A stretch of 46,201 nt of DNA from Synechococcales cyanobacterium (GTDB lineage: Bacteria > Cyanobacteriota > Cyanobacteriia > Leptolyngbyales > Leptolyngbyaceae), in contig JAYUEU010000192.1 in the NCBI GenBank assembly GCA_043739065.1, positions 1-46,201 of the forward strand, in the 5' to 3' direction. Positions 32,973-42,795 of the stretch are shown piece after piece. The translations under genes and the position numbers were made by a program. Each line of letters begins with the position of its first letter. Positions within the stretch are counted from its first letter, which is position 1. The notes beneath the pieces are model-generated. The model was not told the DNA's origin. It did no database searches and worked only from the letters and a program-made list of their open reading frames with translations.

Positions 32973-35711
32973 CTATTGGTTTTGATTAATTGCGGCTTGG
33001 ACCCGATCGATCGCCGTCCCATCGCCCAGGATTGTATACAACTTCACTGCTTTTTCGAGGGAAAAGATAGCGCCTTGTTTATTGCCTGCGGCTATTCGTG
33101 CAAGACCTTGAACCTCATAGACGATCGGATTTTCGGGTTCTTGATTAATTGCATTGCCGCAGTCTTGGAAGGCTTTGGGATCTTTGTTTTGAGCGCGGGC
33201 AAGACATCGATAGACGCTAAGTTCGGCGGGAATTTGGGTGCCTTCTTCGATCGCTTCTGGTGAAAGGTATGGATCGGGACTGCCAATCATGCTCTGAATG
33301 CTGGCAGCTTCTTCACAAGTTTGGAGAGCGTTGGGCTGTGCGGCACGAGCTTCGATCGAGCATTTATAAGCCAAAGATGCTTTCTCTTGATAATTTAAGG
33401 CGGTGGATTGATTCAAGTCATTCAGAGCTTCTGTATAGTTACCTTGATTGAATTGGGCAATCGATCGCACGTAATATGCCTCGGATTTTAATTCAGGTTC
33501 GGTTGTTAAATCAATGGCTTTAGTTGCATCGGTAAATGATCCACTATAGTCGTAGGCTTGTTGTTTTGATTTAGAACGATCGATATACGCATTTACTTTG
33601 TTGGGTTCAAGTTGAATGGTGCGATCGAGATCTTCAGTTGCGCTTAAATAATTTTTGGCATTTGTTTGAGCAGTGGCGCGACCGTAATAGGCATCGGCAT
33701 TATTAGGTTCTAAACTTAAGGCACGGGTGTAGTTTGCGATGGCCCAATCTGTATCATAAGTTTCGGCTTTTACCTTGGCGCGATCGATCAATTCTTGGGC
33801 GGTGAGTTTTGGGATTGGGCGAGTTGTGAGTTTGATATAACCCTCGGACGTGAGTTGGGTAGGTTGAAGTGCGCTGGTGGCGACGATGCTAGATATATTA
33901 TTGACTATGGTACTAAAGTCTAGTTCTGAATTGTTTTTAGTATTTGTGGGGTGGGACATTTTGGACAAGCCAAATTGATTGCCCAGGGCGAGTAGAGCGG
34001 GCGGATTGAGGTAGGCGTACCCCATATTTTGTTTGGATAAGGGTGCGATCGCGTCTTGGAAATGTTTGGCTTGGTCGAGGGGTTGCCAGGGTTTAGGAAG
34101 GATAGTATTTGCGGTATCGGCTCCACTGAGAATAGCCAAGGTGTCGTCACTTGTCCATTGATAGGCGAAGATGCTGACGGGTTTGCTAGGAGTTAGTTTG
34201 TTGGGTTTAGTAGATTTGTTGGGTTTTCTCGGTTTACTCGGGCCTTCAACCTCCCAACTGGTGAGCGTTGTGCCGTCGATCGTGCGGGTTGCGACTTTGA
34301 ATTCACCTTTGGATAGTTTGATTAATGCAGTTTCGACTTTTTTGAATGCAGCGGTTGCAGCGGGCCGATCGCTCGTTTGGAAAAATCCGCCAAATCCGAT
34401 CGCGAGTTTAGGATCAATTTGGGTTAGCGGGCTGCCTTTGGTGGGGAATGCGAAAGTAACGTATTCTTTGTCCATCCAGGGGAAGATGTCACGATCGTCG
34501 ATGCCTACGATGTTCTGGCTGCTGTCTCGGAAGCTTTTTAGTCCTTTTTTGGTCGTTGGATTAGTGTCTAAAGCGGTAGTGAGGGCGCGCCAGAAGAATG
34601 CAAGATTTGTGCCGTCGCTCATCCCATAGTTGACAGCGGGAAGTCTTGAGATGAGTGCATTAGGGCTGCTGACGGTTTGAATGAATGAATCGGAAATTGC
34701 TGATTTGAAATGGATGCCGACTTGGGCTTGAATGCCTTCAGGGACGGCCCAGACAAATCCGTCCATGCCATCGGAACCGCTGTTAACCAGTTGACTGAGT
34801 TGTTCGGGAGTTTGGCTTTGGAAGAGTGGGAAATTGTTAAATGCTTTTAAGGGGTGGGGGACATTGAGTTGATTGCTTTTAACTAGGTTGCCGAGGTTGG
34901 CATAGCCGGAGACTAGGGCGGTCGCGTAACGATCGTCGGAGATCATGCGCTGGAAGGCGGGGACGCTGGAGAGACGGCGATCGGGTGAAGCTTCGGAATC
35001 GATGATTTGTTGGACGGCGCTAATGCTTTCTGAGGTGACGACAAATCCGCTTTTCAAATAGGCAGCGGCAAATCCACCGATTTCGATCGTTTTTTTCGCT
35101 GTGGTCTTCGCTGTGGTCGGAGTTGCGATGGTTGATGGCGTGTCTTTAACGATCGGGGAAGCAGGCGCTGAGGGTTGTTCTTGGGGTGACGGTTCAAATA
35201 CTTCGGAAAAGAAATCAGGTACTTTCCTGGGTTCCCAGAAGAGAATGCTGGTGCCGTTGTAGAGGCGGGTTGTGGGGAGTTTGTCCTTGCTGCGTTTGAG
35301 CCGATCGAAGAACCGTGGCATTTGGCTGGGGTCTTTGACGGGAGCTATTGTGGCGTAGGTGGTTTTGGTTTGGTCTGGATTGAGCATGATGACAGTGCCC
35401 ACGGGTCCGCCGATCCATGGAGCAATGTCTCCGTGATAGTTGATACCGGAGGCTAGATTTGAGAACATCCAACCGGGAGTTGTGAGGTCTTGTGGAAAGG
35501 TTTTGAATTTGGTTAGGTCTTGCCAGATCTGAGGGTTTGGATTGACGAATACAATGCCGACGATGCTGTCTGGGACTAATTGGCTGACGGCTGGAAATTC
35601 AATGGGCTTTGCAATGATTTCGGCATTAGCAACTCCGGTCAGGGTGAGGGTTGCGGCGATCGGTGTGAGCAGTGAACCCAAAAGAATGAACGCAGCGCGA
35701 TGAGTCGTCAT
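32973..35711 (-). CDS. large secreted protein (DUF3352-like N-terminal region) with C-terminal TPR repeats
   Basis: I prefer the start at MTTHRAAFILLGSLL (signal-like) to the ORF-track start at 35777. The C-terminal ~300 aa contain TPR units (A..Y.RA.......Y..A..D..R.I.L.P). Confidence 0.6.
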   Translation of the reverse strand: MTTHRAAFILLGSLLTPIAATLTLTGVANAEIIAKPIEFPAVSQLVPDSIVGIVFVNPNPQIWQDLTKFKTFPQDLTTPGWMFSNLASGINYHGDIAPWIGGPVGTVIMLNPDQTKTTYATIAPVKDPSQMPRFFDRLKRSKDKLPTTRLYNGTSILFWEPRKVPDFFSEVFEPSPQEQPSAPASPIVKDTPSTIATPTTAKTTAKKTIEIGGFAAAYLKSGFVVTSESISAVQQIIDSEASPDRRLSSVPAFQRMISDDRYATALVSGYANLGNLVKSNQLNVPHPLKAFNNFPLFQSQTPEQLSQLVNSGSDGMDGFVWAVPEGIQAQVGIHFKSAISDSFIQTVSSPNALISRLPAVNYGMSDGTNLAFFWRALTTALDTNPTTKKGLKSFRDSSQNIVGIDDRDIFPWMDKEYVTFAFPTKGSPLTQIDPKLAIGFGGFFQTSDRPAATAAFKKVETALIKLSKGEFKVATRTIDGTTLTSWEVEGPSKPRKPNKSTKPNKLTPSKPVSIFAYQWTSDDTLAILSGADTANTILPKPWQPLDQAKHFQDAIAPLSKQNMGYAYLNPPALLALGNQFGLSKMSHPTNTKNNSELDFSTIVNNISSIVATSALQPTQLTSEGYIKLTTRPIPKLTAQELIDRAKVKAETYDTDWAIANYTRALSLEPNNADAYYGRATAQTNAKNYLSATEDLDRTIQLEPNKVNAYIDRSKSKQQAYDYSGSFTDATKAIDLTTEPELKSEAYYVRSIAQFNQGNYTEALNDLNQSTALNYQEKASLAYKCSIEARAAQPNALQTCEEAASIQSMIGSPDPYLSPEAIEEGTQIPAELSVYRCLARAQNKDPKAFQDCGNAINQEPENPIVYEVQGLARIAAGNKQGAIFSLEKAVKLYTILGDGTAIDRVQAAINQNQ

Positions 35712-35901
35712 AAGAAATCCCAGAGCAGTGAATGGCTTGTGTACTAAGGGTACTTGTTTTATGAAATCCTGCACCATCTCATGACAGATTCATGCATTGA
35801 AATTAATATACTGAAATTTAACGTATTGAAATCCTGGCAGACTGCGCAAATGAATTGTGATTGACTGAAGACATCTAGTAGTAGTTTGGGTGAGGCTGTG
35901 G

Positions 35902-36948
35902 TTATGATTTTAACTTTTGAATGGCGGTATTGATCAAACTTTGGCCTTCTTCAACCGATCGAATTTGGCTCAAACTAGCTCGTAATTCATTGGCTCCTGC
36001 AAATCCTTTACAATACCAAGTCATATGTTTTCGAGATTGATAAATACCTCGATCGCCTTTGTATTCCGCTAGCATTTGCAAATGTTCGGCGGCACATTGG
36101 AGGATTTCGATCGTAGTTGGTTTTGTTTTTTCAATTCCATATTTGAGATAGTAATCGACCTCGCCGACTAAAAACGGATAGCCCAACGTTCCCCGCGAAC
36201 ACATCACACCATCGGCTCCCGTGATTTCTAAACATCTCACCGCCGACTCCACCGAATCAATATCGCCATTTGCAATCACGGGAATATCTAATTGTTCTTT
36301 AACCTGACGAATCCAGTCCCAATCCGCAGGACCATTATAAGCTTGTGCTCGTGTTCTGGCATGAATCGTAATCATTTCAGCTCCAGCGTCTTGCAACCGT
36401 TGTGAAAATTCTAAAATATTAATTTCGTAATTATCCCAACCAATCCGAGTCTTAACGGTAACAGGAACATCGACGGCATTTACCACTTCACGAACAATTT
36501 GCGCTGCTAATTCTGGTTGACGTAATAAAGAAGATCCGCCGCCATTTTTTGTAATTTTATTTACAGGGCAACCCATATTTAGATCGATCGTATCTGCGCC
36601 CTGAGCTACTGCCTTTACCGCCGCTGATGCTAAAAAATCTGGACGACAATCAAATAATTGAATACTAATAGGCCGTTCATCTGGATCAATATCCATAATG
36701 ATTGGTGTTTCTTTTAAATGCTGTAAACTCGCCGCCTGTACCATTTCTGTATACATCATCGAGTCTGGGGCATACCGTCTCACCAACCGCCGAAATACTA
36801 GATCGGTTACCCCTGATAAAGGTGATTGTAAAACTCGGCTCTGAAGTATAACTGCGTTCTTTCCATGGCCGATCGTGAGAGGATCTGTGAGTTGGCGTGT
36901 GATATTTTGGGTGAGTGTTGGAGACATGGGTGAGATCCTATTTACCAA
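35902..36948 (-). CDS. dusB: tRNA-dihydrouridine synthase
   Basis: LAPLSGVTD-type N-terminus (LQSPLSGVTDLVFR), DLNMGCPV, VTVKTRIGW and HARTR are the Dus family motifs. An alternative start at 36927 removes the overlap with the Uma2 gene. Confidence 0.88.
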   Translation of the reverse strand: MVNRISPMSPTLTQNITRQLTDPLTIGHGKNAVILQSRVLQSPLSGVTDLVFRRLVRRYAPDSMMYTEMVQAASLQHLKETPIIMDIDPDERPISIQLFDCRPDFLASAAVKAVAQGADTIDLNMGCPVNKITKNGGGSSLLRQPELAAQIVREVVNAVDVPVTVKTRIGWDNYEINILEFSQRLQDAGAEMITIHARTRAQAYNGPADWDWIRQVKEQLDIPVIANGDIDSVESAVRCLEITGADGVMCSRGTLGYPFLVGEVDYYLKYGIEKTKPTTIEILQCAAEHLQMLAEYKGDRGIYQSRKHMTWYCKGFAGANELRASLSQIRSVEEGQSLINTAIQKLKS

Positions 36949-37556
36949 ATTCGAGTCATACTCAATAGGAATCCTGGCATTACTTCACTACAGTCGATCG
37001 CAGCAGGGGATTCTAATATTTCTGCCGTTTGTCCCGATCGATAGATTTCCACTTGCTTATTTTTAGGATTTATCAATAGTCCTAATTTAACTCCTAGCCG
37101 TTGATATTCCTGCATTTTATTTTGTAATGATTTCAAATCATCTGTTGCAGAACGAAGCTCAATCATAAAATCAGGCACAACTGGAATGAATCCGACAATC
37201 TCTACGCCTTCTAGTCGGGACTTTTCAATCCAAGATACGTCCGGGGATAACTTTCCACCCCCGATCGCTGTAAAATCATAGCCTGTTGATGAATCAAAGA
37301 CTTTCCCTAAACCGCTCTGTCGGTTCCAAAGTCCAGCGTCGATCGTTAAATCAACATTTCGTGCACCACTCTCACCACCTGTTGGAGGCATAACAATCAA
37401 TTCTCCATTAGCGGTTAATTCAAGTCGTAAATCAGGGTTGTCGATGCAGAGCAGATCAAACTGTTCTGAACTAACTGTCAATGCTGTATTGCTAACATTC
37501 AGTAATAATGGATGCTTCTCAATGGTGGTGATGGACGGTGAATCAGCGACTATCAT
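36942..37556 (-). CDS. Uma2-family (DUF820) PD-(D/E)XK endonuclease
   Basis: ELTANGELIVMPPTGGESG..., PDVSWI, PDFMIELRS and the LGLLINPKNKQVEIYR tail are typical of cyanobacterial Uma2 proteins. Confidence 0.8.
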   Translation of the reverse strand: MIVADSPSITTIEKHPLLLNVSNTALTVSSEQFDLLCIDNPDLRLELTANGELIVMPPTGGESGARNVDLTIDAGLWNRQSGLGKVFDSSTGYDFTAIGGGKLSPDVSWIEKSRLEGVEIVGFIPVVPDFMIELRSATDDLKSLQNKMQEYQRLGVKLGLLINPKNKQVEIYRSGQTAEILESPAAIDCSEVMPGFLLSMTRIW

Positions 37557-37923
37557 GAACTTCTCCTAGTAGTTACGAAATCAGCTATGAAATCTAATTA
37601 ATTTAAATCATATTACGACACTGTGGTGCGATCGATAATTTAGCAATTAAATTTAGAATTCTGACAAATCAATACAATATTAGTACTCTATTTAATCCAC
37701 ACCTCTGATTGAACGGCCATTCATTAGTCTAATTGTCTATCAGAATAAATATTTTGTCCAGAAGATTTTTTGATACCCACGAATAGAACCTTTCAACTTT
37801 CCACCGCGAAATGTTCTTGAGTAACATTTTAAAATGGTTACCCTTGATACGCTCAGCTACCTATGGTCAAGCACTTATCTAGTGATTGTTCCTCGCACGT
37901 CGATTCACCATTGCCTGATTTTT

Positions 37924-40158
37924 ATGACTGAAACGGCTAAAACTCAATGCCCTTACTGTGGCGTAGGCTGTGGTTTGGAGGTTTTTCCTCCAGCAATGCC
38001 AGGGAAAAACGTTACGCGGATCGCTGATGGTACTCCCGTTTGGCAGGCACGGGGCGATCGGACTCATCCGTCTAGCCTTGGTCAAGTTTGCGTTAAAGGT
38101 GCGACGGTAGGTGAGTCACTTCACCAAGATCGACTCAAATACCCGATGATGCGCGAATCCTTGGATCAACCCTTCAAGCGCGTTACTTGGGATGTTGTTT
38201 TAGATGCGATCGCGGAGAGAATCAAAATAGTAGTCGAGACTCAAGGTCAAGATGCTATCGCCATGTACGGTTCAGGCCAATTTCAAACCGAGGACTACTA
38301 CGTCGCGCAAAAACTAATAAAAGGCTGTTTAGGAACGAACAATTTTGATGCAAACTCCCGCCTGTGCATGTCTTCCGCTGTGTCAGCTTATGCGCAGAGT
38401 TTTGGAGCTGATGGACCACCTTGTAACTATGATGATCTTGACATTACAGACTGCGCATTTTTAATCGGAACTAATACTGCTGAATGCCATCCAATTATCT
38501 TTAATCGACTACGTAAAAACCATAAAAAAAATCCTGAAACTCGCCTGATTGTCGTTGATCCTCGTGCAACAGATACCTCAAAACATGCGGACCTCCATCT
38601 CGCCATCAAACCTGGAACCGACATCGATCTGATGCATGGCATTGCCTATTTACTGTTGCAATGGAGTCAACAATCGCCTCAATACATTGCCCAGCATTTC
38701 ATTGAAAAATTCACCAATGGATTTGAAGAATACCGTGCGATCGTAAAAGACTATACTCCTGAGAAAGTCGCTGAAACTTGCGGTATTACCGTCGCTGAAA
38801 TCAAACAAGCTGCTCGCTATTGGGGTAAAGCCAAAAATGTTCTCTCCATGTGGTCTATGGGAATCAATCAATCTAGTGAAGGCACTGCAAAAGCCCGAAC
38901 TCTGATTAATCTCCACTTATTGACTGGCCAAATCGGTCGCCCCGGTGCCGGACCTTTTTCTTTGACTGGCCAACCTAATGCTATGGGCGGACGGGAAGCG
39001 GGTGGATTGGCACATTTATTGCCGGGATATCGATTTGTTACGAATGCAGAGTCCCGTCGGCAGGTCGAAGAGTTTTGGAAGCTTCCATCGGGACGGATCT
39101 CAGCTCAGCCGGGATTGACGGTGTGGGACATGATTAAGGCGATGGAATTGGGCGACATCGGACTTTTTTGGGTGGTTGCTACGAATCCGGTGGTTAGTTT
39201 GCCTGATCTCGATCGGGTCAAAAAAGCTTTGCGTAATTGTTCTTTTGTAATCCATCAAGAATGCTATTCCCCGACGGAAATGGCGGAGTTTTCTCATGTG
39301 TTGCTCCCGGCGGCCCAATGGAGTGAAAAAACTGGCGTGATGACCAATTCCGAACGCCGTCTTACGCTCTGTCCTAAATTCCGAACGCCGCCAGGAGAAG
39401 CCCGAGCCGATTGGGTGATTTTTGCCGAGGTTGGGCAGCGCTTGGGATTTGTGCGGGAGTTTTCGTTTAATGATTCAGCGGAAGTATATAGCGAATTTGT
39501 GCGGCTCACAAAAGGCCAACCCTGCGACCAGACGGGGTTGAGTCACGAATATTTGATGAAAAATGGTCCCACGCAATGGCCTGCGCCTAAGGGCAATCTT
39601 CCAACTGTTGGTGTGTCGAATCGCCTCTATTCGGATTTGAAATTCCACACTAATGATCGCCGGGCCAAGTTCATCGCCTGCCACTCTAAAGGACTCGCCG
39701 AACCGCCCGATCGTAATTTTTCCTATGTTTTGACTACCGGAAGACTGTACGGCCATTGGCACACTATGTCTCGCACGGCCCGCATTGAAAAAATCATGAA
39801 AATGCACCCTAAGCCTTTTCTAGAGGTTCATCCTCGTGATGCAAAAGCCTTGTCTGTTCAGGAAGGGGATTGGGTCGAAGTCCGATCGCGTCGTGGATTT
39901 GTGCGGCTTCCGGTGGTCGTAACGAAGGGAATCTCACCTGGAACGGTCTTTATGCCAATGCATTGGGGTGCGCTGTGGGCGGAGAATGCTGAGGCGAATA
40001 TGTTGACCCATCCGATCGCCTGTCCAGTGTCTAAGCAGCCTGAACTTAAAGCCTGTGCTGTCAGCTTAGTTCCTGTTTCTGGGACTGCTGCTTTGGCTAA
40101 AGAACTGAGTTGGACCAGTGGGTTACTCGAAAAACTCTTTCAACGGACTCCCGTGTAG
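37924..40158 (+). CDS. narB: ferredoxin-dependent assimilatory nitrate reductase
   Basis: [20 protein letters not shown] carries the N-terminal 4Fe-4S motif, on a molybdopterin oxidoreductase body. The ATG at 37924 is preferred to the upstream ATG at 37834, whose 30-aa extension has no counterpart in the family. Confidence 0.9.
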   Translation: MTETAKTQCPYCGVGCGLEVFPPAMPGKNVTRIADGTPVWQARGDRTHPSSLGQVCVKGATVGESLHQDRLKYPMMRESLDQPFKRVTWDVVLDAIAERIKIVVETQGQDAIAMYGSGQFQTEDYYVAQKLIKGCLGTNNFDANSRLCMSSAVSAYAQSFGADGPPCNYDDLDITDCAFLIGTNTAECHPIIFNRLRKNHKKNPETRLIVVDPRATDTSKHADLHLAIKPGTDIDLMHGIAYLLLQWSQQSPQYIAQHFIEKFTNGFEEYRAIVKDYTPEKVAETCGITVAEIKQAARYWGKAKNVLSMWSMGINQSSEGTAKARTLINLHLLTGQIGRPGAGPFSLTGQPNAMGGREAGGLAHLLPGYRFVTNAESRRQVEEFWKLPSGRISAQPGLTVWDMIKAMELGDIGLFWVVATNPVVSLPDLDRVKKALRNCSFVIHQECYSPTEMAEFSHVLLPAAQWSEKTGVMTNSERRLTLCPKFRTPPGEARADWVIFAEVGQRLGFVREFSFNDSAEVYSEFVRLTKGQPCDQTGLSHEYLMKNGPTQWPAPKGNLPTVGVSNRLYSDLKFHTNDRRAKFIACHSKGLAEPPDRNFSYVLTTGRLYGHWHTMSRTARIEKIMKMHPKPFLEVHPRDAKALSVQEGDWVEVRSRRGFVRLPVVVTKGISPGTVFMPMHWGALWAENAEANMLTHPIACPVSKQPELKACAVSLVPVSGTAALAKELSWTSGLLEKLFQRTPV

Positions 40159-40258
40159 TGATAGTGCGATCGGGTTTTGGGGAGGTTGAAGAGCGATCGT
40201 CTACTTATTTGGTATTTACGTGGATAAGTTATCGGTCTAAGATCTGCGATCGGGTTAC

Positions 40259-40285
40259 GTATGCGGGAATTTCCCGTCTACATAC
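40259..40285. promoter_or_regulatory. nested palindrome GTATG-CGGGAATTTCCCG-tcta-CATAC upstream of darT (candidate operator)
   Basis: Read directly. It lies 69 nt upstream of the darT ATG. The function is inferred only. Confidence 0.3.
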
Positions 40286-40353
40286 TTGTTAAACTACGCT
40301 TTAGGTACGGGAATAATGGGAGCAAGTTAAATTAAATTTGCGTACAAGCTCTA

Positions 40354-40950
40354 ATGGATTACCTTCAATTGCACGGTATAGAATACCTATACCATATGAC
40401 ACACATAGATAATCTTGCGTCTATCGTTGATAACGGTTTACTCTCTCAGAATGAAGCGCATAGGCAGGGATTAATAGAATCCGATATTTCAGATCCTAAA
40501 GTTCAAAATATTAGAGCACGCACCGTAGACTCTCTATACAAGAGGTCATTGCATGAATACGTGCCACTGTATTTCGCGCCAACGAACCCGATGCTCTATA
40601 AAAGAAGAGAAATGCAGGAAGACATCATTATTCTAGGACTTGATCCTCAACTTCTCTCCGAGACTAACATTATATTTACCAATGGAAATGCTGCGGCAAG
40701 TGGAACTATTTTTTATAGAGACATTCATATGCTTGCTCAATTGCCGTGGGATTCAATTAGAGCAAGGAGTTGGATAGATATCGAGGACGGTAAGCGAATA
40801 AAGTGTGCTGAGGTACTTGTCTACCCAAAAATTGAGCCAAACCGGATTAAGATAGTATTCTGTTACTCTCAAAAACATCGTGAAACAATCATTGCAGCTA
40901 AGCAGAGAACCTCTATCATAGGGAAAGTAAACCGAGATTTATATTTCTAG
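40354..40950 (+). CDS. darT: DarT (DUF4433) ssDNA ADP-ribosyltransferase toxin
   Basis: 198-aa ORF with YLYHMTHIDNLASIVDNGLLS, VPLYF..TNPMLY, FTNGNAA and a KCAEVLVYPKI glutamate, the DUF4433/DarT pattern. Confidence 0.8.
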   Translation: MDYLQLHGIEYLYHMTHIDNLASIVDNGLLSQNEAHRQGLIESDISDPKVQNIRARTVDSLYKRSLHEYVPLYFAPTNPMLYKRREMQEDIIILGLDPQLLSETNIIFTNGNAAASGTIFYRDIHMLAQLPWDSIRARSWIDIEDGKRIKCAEVLVYPKIEPNRIKIVFCYSQKHRETIIAAKQRTSIIGKVNRDLYF

Positions 40951-42089
40951 TGCCCATGCTTCGTTACACTGACACCACCGTTTTTAATGTCGGCGCTCAG
41001 ACGATCGTCAACGCAGTCAACTGTGTCGGCGTTATGGGTGCTGGGCTTGCCTTAGAGTTCCAATTACGATTTCCTGAAATGGAAAAGGATTACGTGCAGC
41101 GCTGCAACCAGAAAAAGGTAACAGTTGGCAGACCTTATCTTTACAAGGACTACAGTGATCCTTTTATTTTAAATTTTCCAACTAAAAACCACTGGAAATA
41201 TCCTTCAAAAATCGAATGGATAGAGCAAGGCTTAGAATACTTTTCTGCTAATTACCAAAGAGGAGGTATCACTTCTATTGCGTTTCCAAAGTTGGGATGC
41301 AGTAATGGGGGACTTGAGTGGGAGATTATATCTCCACTTATGAAAAAGTATTTGCAGAATCTTGATATCGATATATTTATCTGCGAGGACACGGAGAAAG
41401 AAGCTTCAGGTGAAGAGGCTGATATGGTTCGTATGCTCAACAATATTGATGAGCTTCCTTGGTCTGAGAAACTCGGTATTCGAGCAGACATCAAACGAAA
41501 AATTATTTCTGCAATCCCTATTAATAGATTTAGGGATTTGAGGAGAGTTCAGGGAATTGGTAAGCAAACGTACAACGATGTATTTACCTCCTTATACTCA
41601 TTAACCCACTGTGGCGATAATGTAGATTCTACTCAAAAGCTTGAAGTTGCAAATCTCAACTTGTTTGAAGAGCTTGATAGTTCTTACACTCAGCCTACCG
41701 AGCCAGTGACAAACTGCTATCAAGAAACTGAATTAGAAGATATCTCTCAAAAAGTTGAATTAGAAGATATAGGAAAATTCTCTAATGAGCTGAACTCAAA
41801 AGTAGAAGACCTTTCTGACATTAGAAAATCCGAAGGTAAGATTGATAACTTTCCAGCATCGTATGATGCTTTTCATATAATGCTGCCCCATATTGAAAAG
41901 GAACTAAGTGTTGGACAAACGAAAGATGAGATTGCTAATAGATTTGACCTGCCTAAAAAGTTGGTTAGTAACTGGCTAGAAAAAGCAGAAAATCTTGGAA
42001 GAATTAGGAAGCTTTCACGCCGTCCTGTGAAGTATATTGTGGCATCTTCTATCCCAACTGAACAGTTAGAGTGCAGCTTCATCGTGTGA
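40950..42089 (+). CDS. darG: DarG-like macrodomain antitoxin with an atypical C-terminal half (HhH + acidic linker + wHTH-like)
   Basis: The N-terminal macrodomain is QTIVNAVNCVGVMGAGLALEFQLRFPE...FPTKNHWKYPS...SIAFPKLGCSNGGL. The GTG at 40950 overlaps the darT TAG (alternative ATG at 40956). RVQGIGKQTYNDVF is HhH-like. Confidence 0.75.
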   Translation: MPMLRYTDTTVFNVGAQTIVNAVNCVGVMGAGLALEFQLRFPEMEKDYVQRCNQKKVTVGRPYLYKDYSDPFILNFPTKNHWKYPSKIEWIEQGLEYFSANYQRGGITSIAFPKLGCSNGGLEWEIISPLMKKYLQNLDIDIFICEDTEKEASGEEADMVRMLNNIDELPWSEKLGIRADIKRKIISAIPINRFRDLRRVQGIGKQTYNDVFTSLYSLTHCGDNVDSTQKLEVANLNLFEELDSSYTQPTEPVTNCYQETELEDISQKVELEDIGKFSNELNSKVEDLSDIRKSEGKIDNFPASYDAFHIMLPHIEKELSVGQTKDEIANRFDLPKKLVSNWLEKAENLGRIRKLSRRPVKYIVASSIPTEQLECSFIV

Positions 42090-42662
42090 TATTTTAGTAC
42101 GTTATCGCACGGCCTAACAATGCAGTAGATCTGACCGAGAGCATATTCTAGTCCTACCATTACCGATCAGCAGAATCGTTAGACCGATCGGAAATTCTAA
42201 AGATTGAATCGATCGCGAGAACTTAAAATCTTCAAAATTACAATGGCCAGGAATTTTCTTTTAGTTCTAGGCTGTTTTTGATTTTTGTAGCCATACTGCC
42301 TAGAATTTCTTCCCAATTCTGTATCTGATTTGACAAAACCTACGAAAATTTAATTTATTTAGAATAAATGCGATCGAATCTAGAAATCAATTAATAATTA
42401 AAACTGTTTATTACGATACAGAAAATACATGATTGACTTCAATTGATAATTTAAAAACTAAAAAATTTACTATTTTTACTGCTTATCGGTGTGTCTTAAA
42501 ACGGCTACTCAAAGTCACTTATTTCTTATACTTTCTTCTGCACTTCTTTCTGGTAAAGGTTTTCAATTTTTTTTGTTAGCTTCCTACTAAAAAGTTACAA
42601 GGTATACAAATTGCAATATATGGATTAGTAGAATTTAAAAAAAGCATTCAATGTTGCTTTTT

Positions 42663-42676
42663 GTACTTTTACATAC
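42663..42676 (+). promoter_or_regulatory. candidate NtcA-binding site GTACTTTTACATAC (perfect GTA-N8-TAC) upstream of nrtA
   Basis: Exact match to the NtcA consensus, 120 nt upstream of the nrtA ATG. A TAAATT (TAN3T) -10 candidate lies at 42694-42699. A weaker GTT-N8-TAC occurs at 42594-42607. Confidence 0.5.
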
Positions 42677-42795
42677 AAAATAAAGTCTTCAATTAAATTA
42701 ACTTCTCACTATTGAAACTGTTAGTTACTCCCCAGAGTGCAGGCTCTTCGCTAGCTAATTCTCAATTCATACTCATCGATCGGATATACGGACTC

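Noticed and set aside
37821-37841. Near-palindrome GTAACATTTTAAAATGGTTAC upstream of narB, considered as an NtcA site.
   Set aside because: It does not fit GTA-N8-TAC or GT-N10-AC spacing. It remains an unexplained A/T-rich dyad, but I cannot assign it a regulator.
37834-37923. 30-codon N-terminal extension of narB in the ORF track.
   Set aside because: The conserved nitrate reductase N-terminus (C-x2-C-x3-C Fe-S motif) begins right after the ATG at 37924. The extension ([19 protein letters not shown]...) has no counterpart in the family.
42639-42662. A/T-rich hairpin AAAAAGCA-ttcaatgt-TGCTTTTT, considered as the darG terminator.
   Set aside because: The stem has only 2 G/C pairs and lies 550 nt downstream of darG. 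I mention it only as an alternative NtcB/LysR-type dyad under the nitrate-cluster finding.
42712-42795. TTG-initiated N-terminal extension of nrtA.
   Set aside because: The Tat/lipoprotein leader MANFSRRKFLL starts at ATG 42796. The extension would bury the signal peptide and overlap the predicted NtcA-dependent transcription start.
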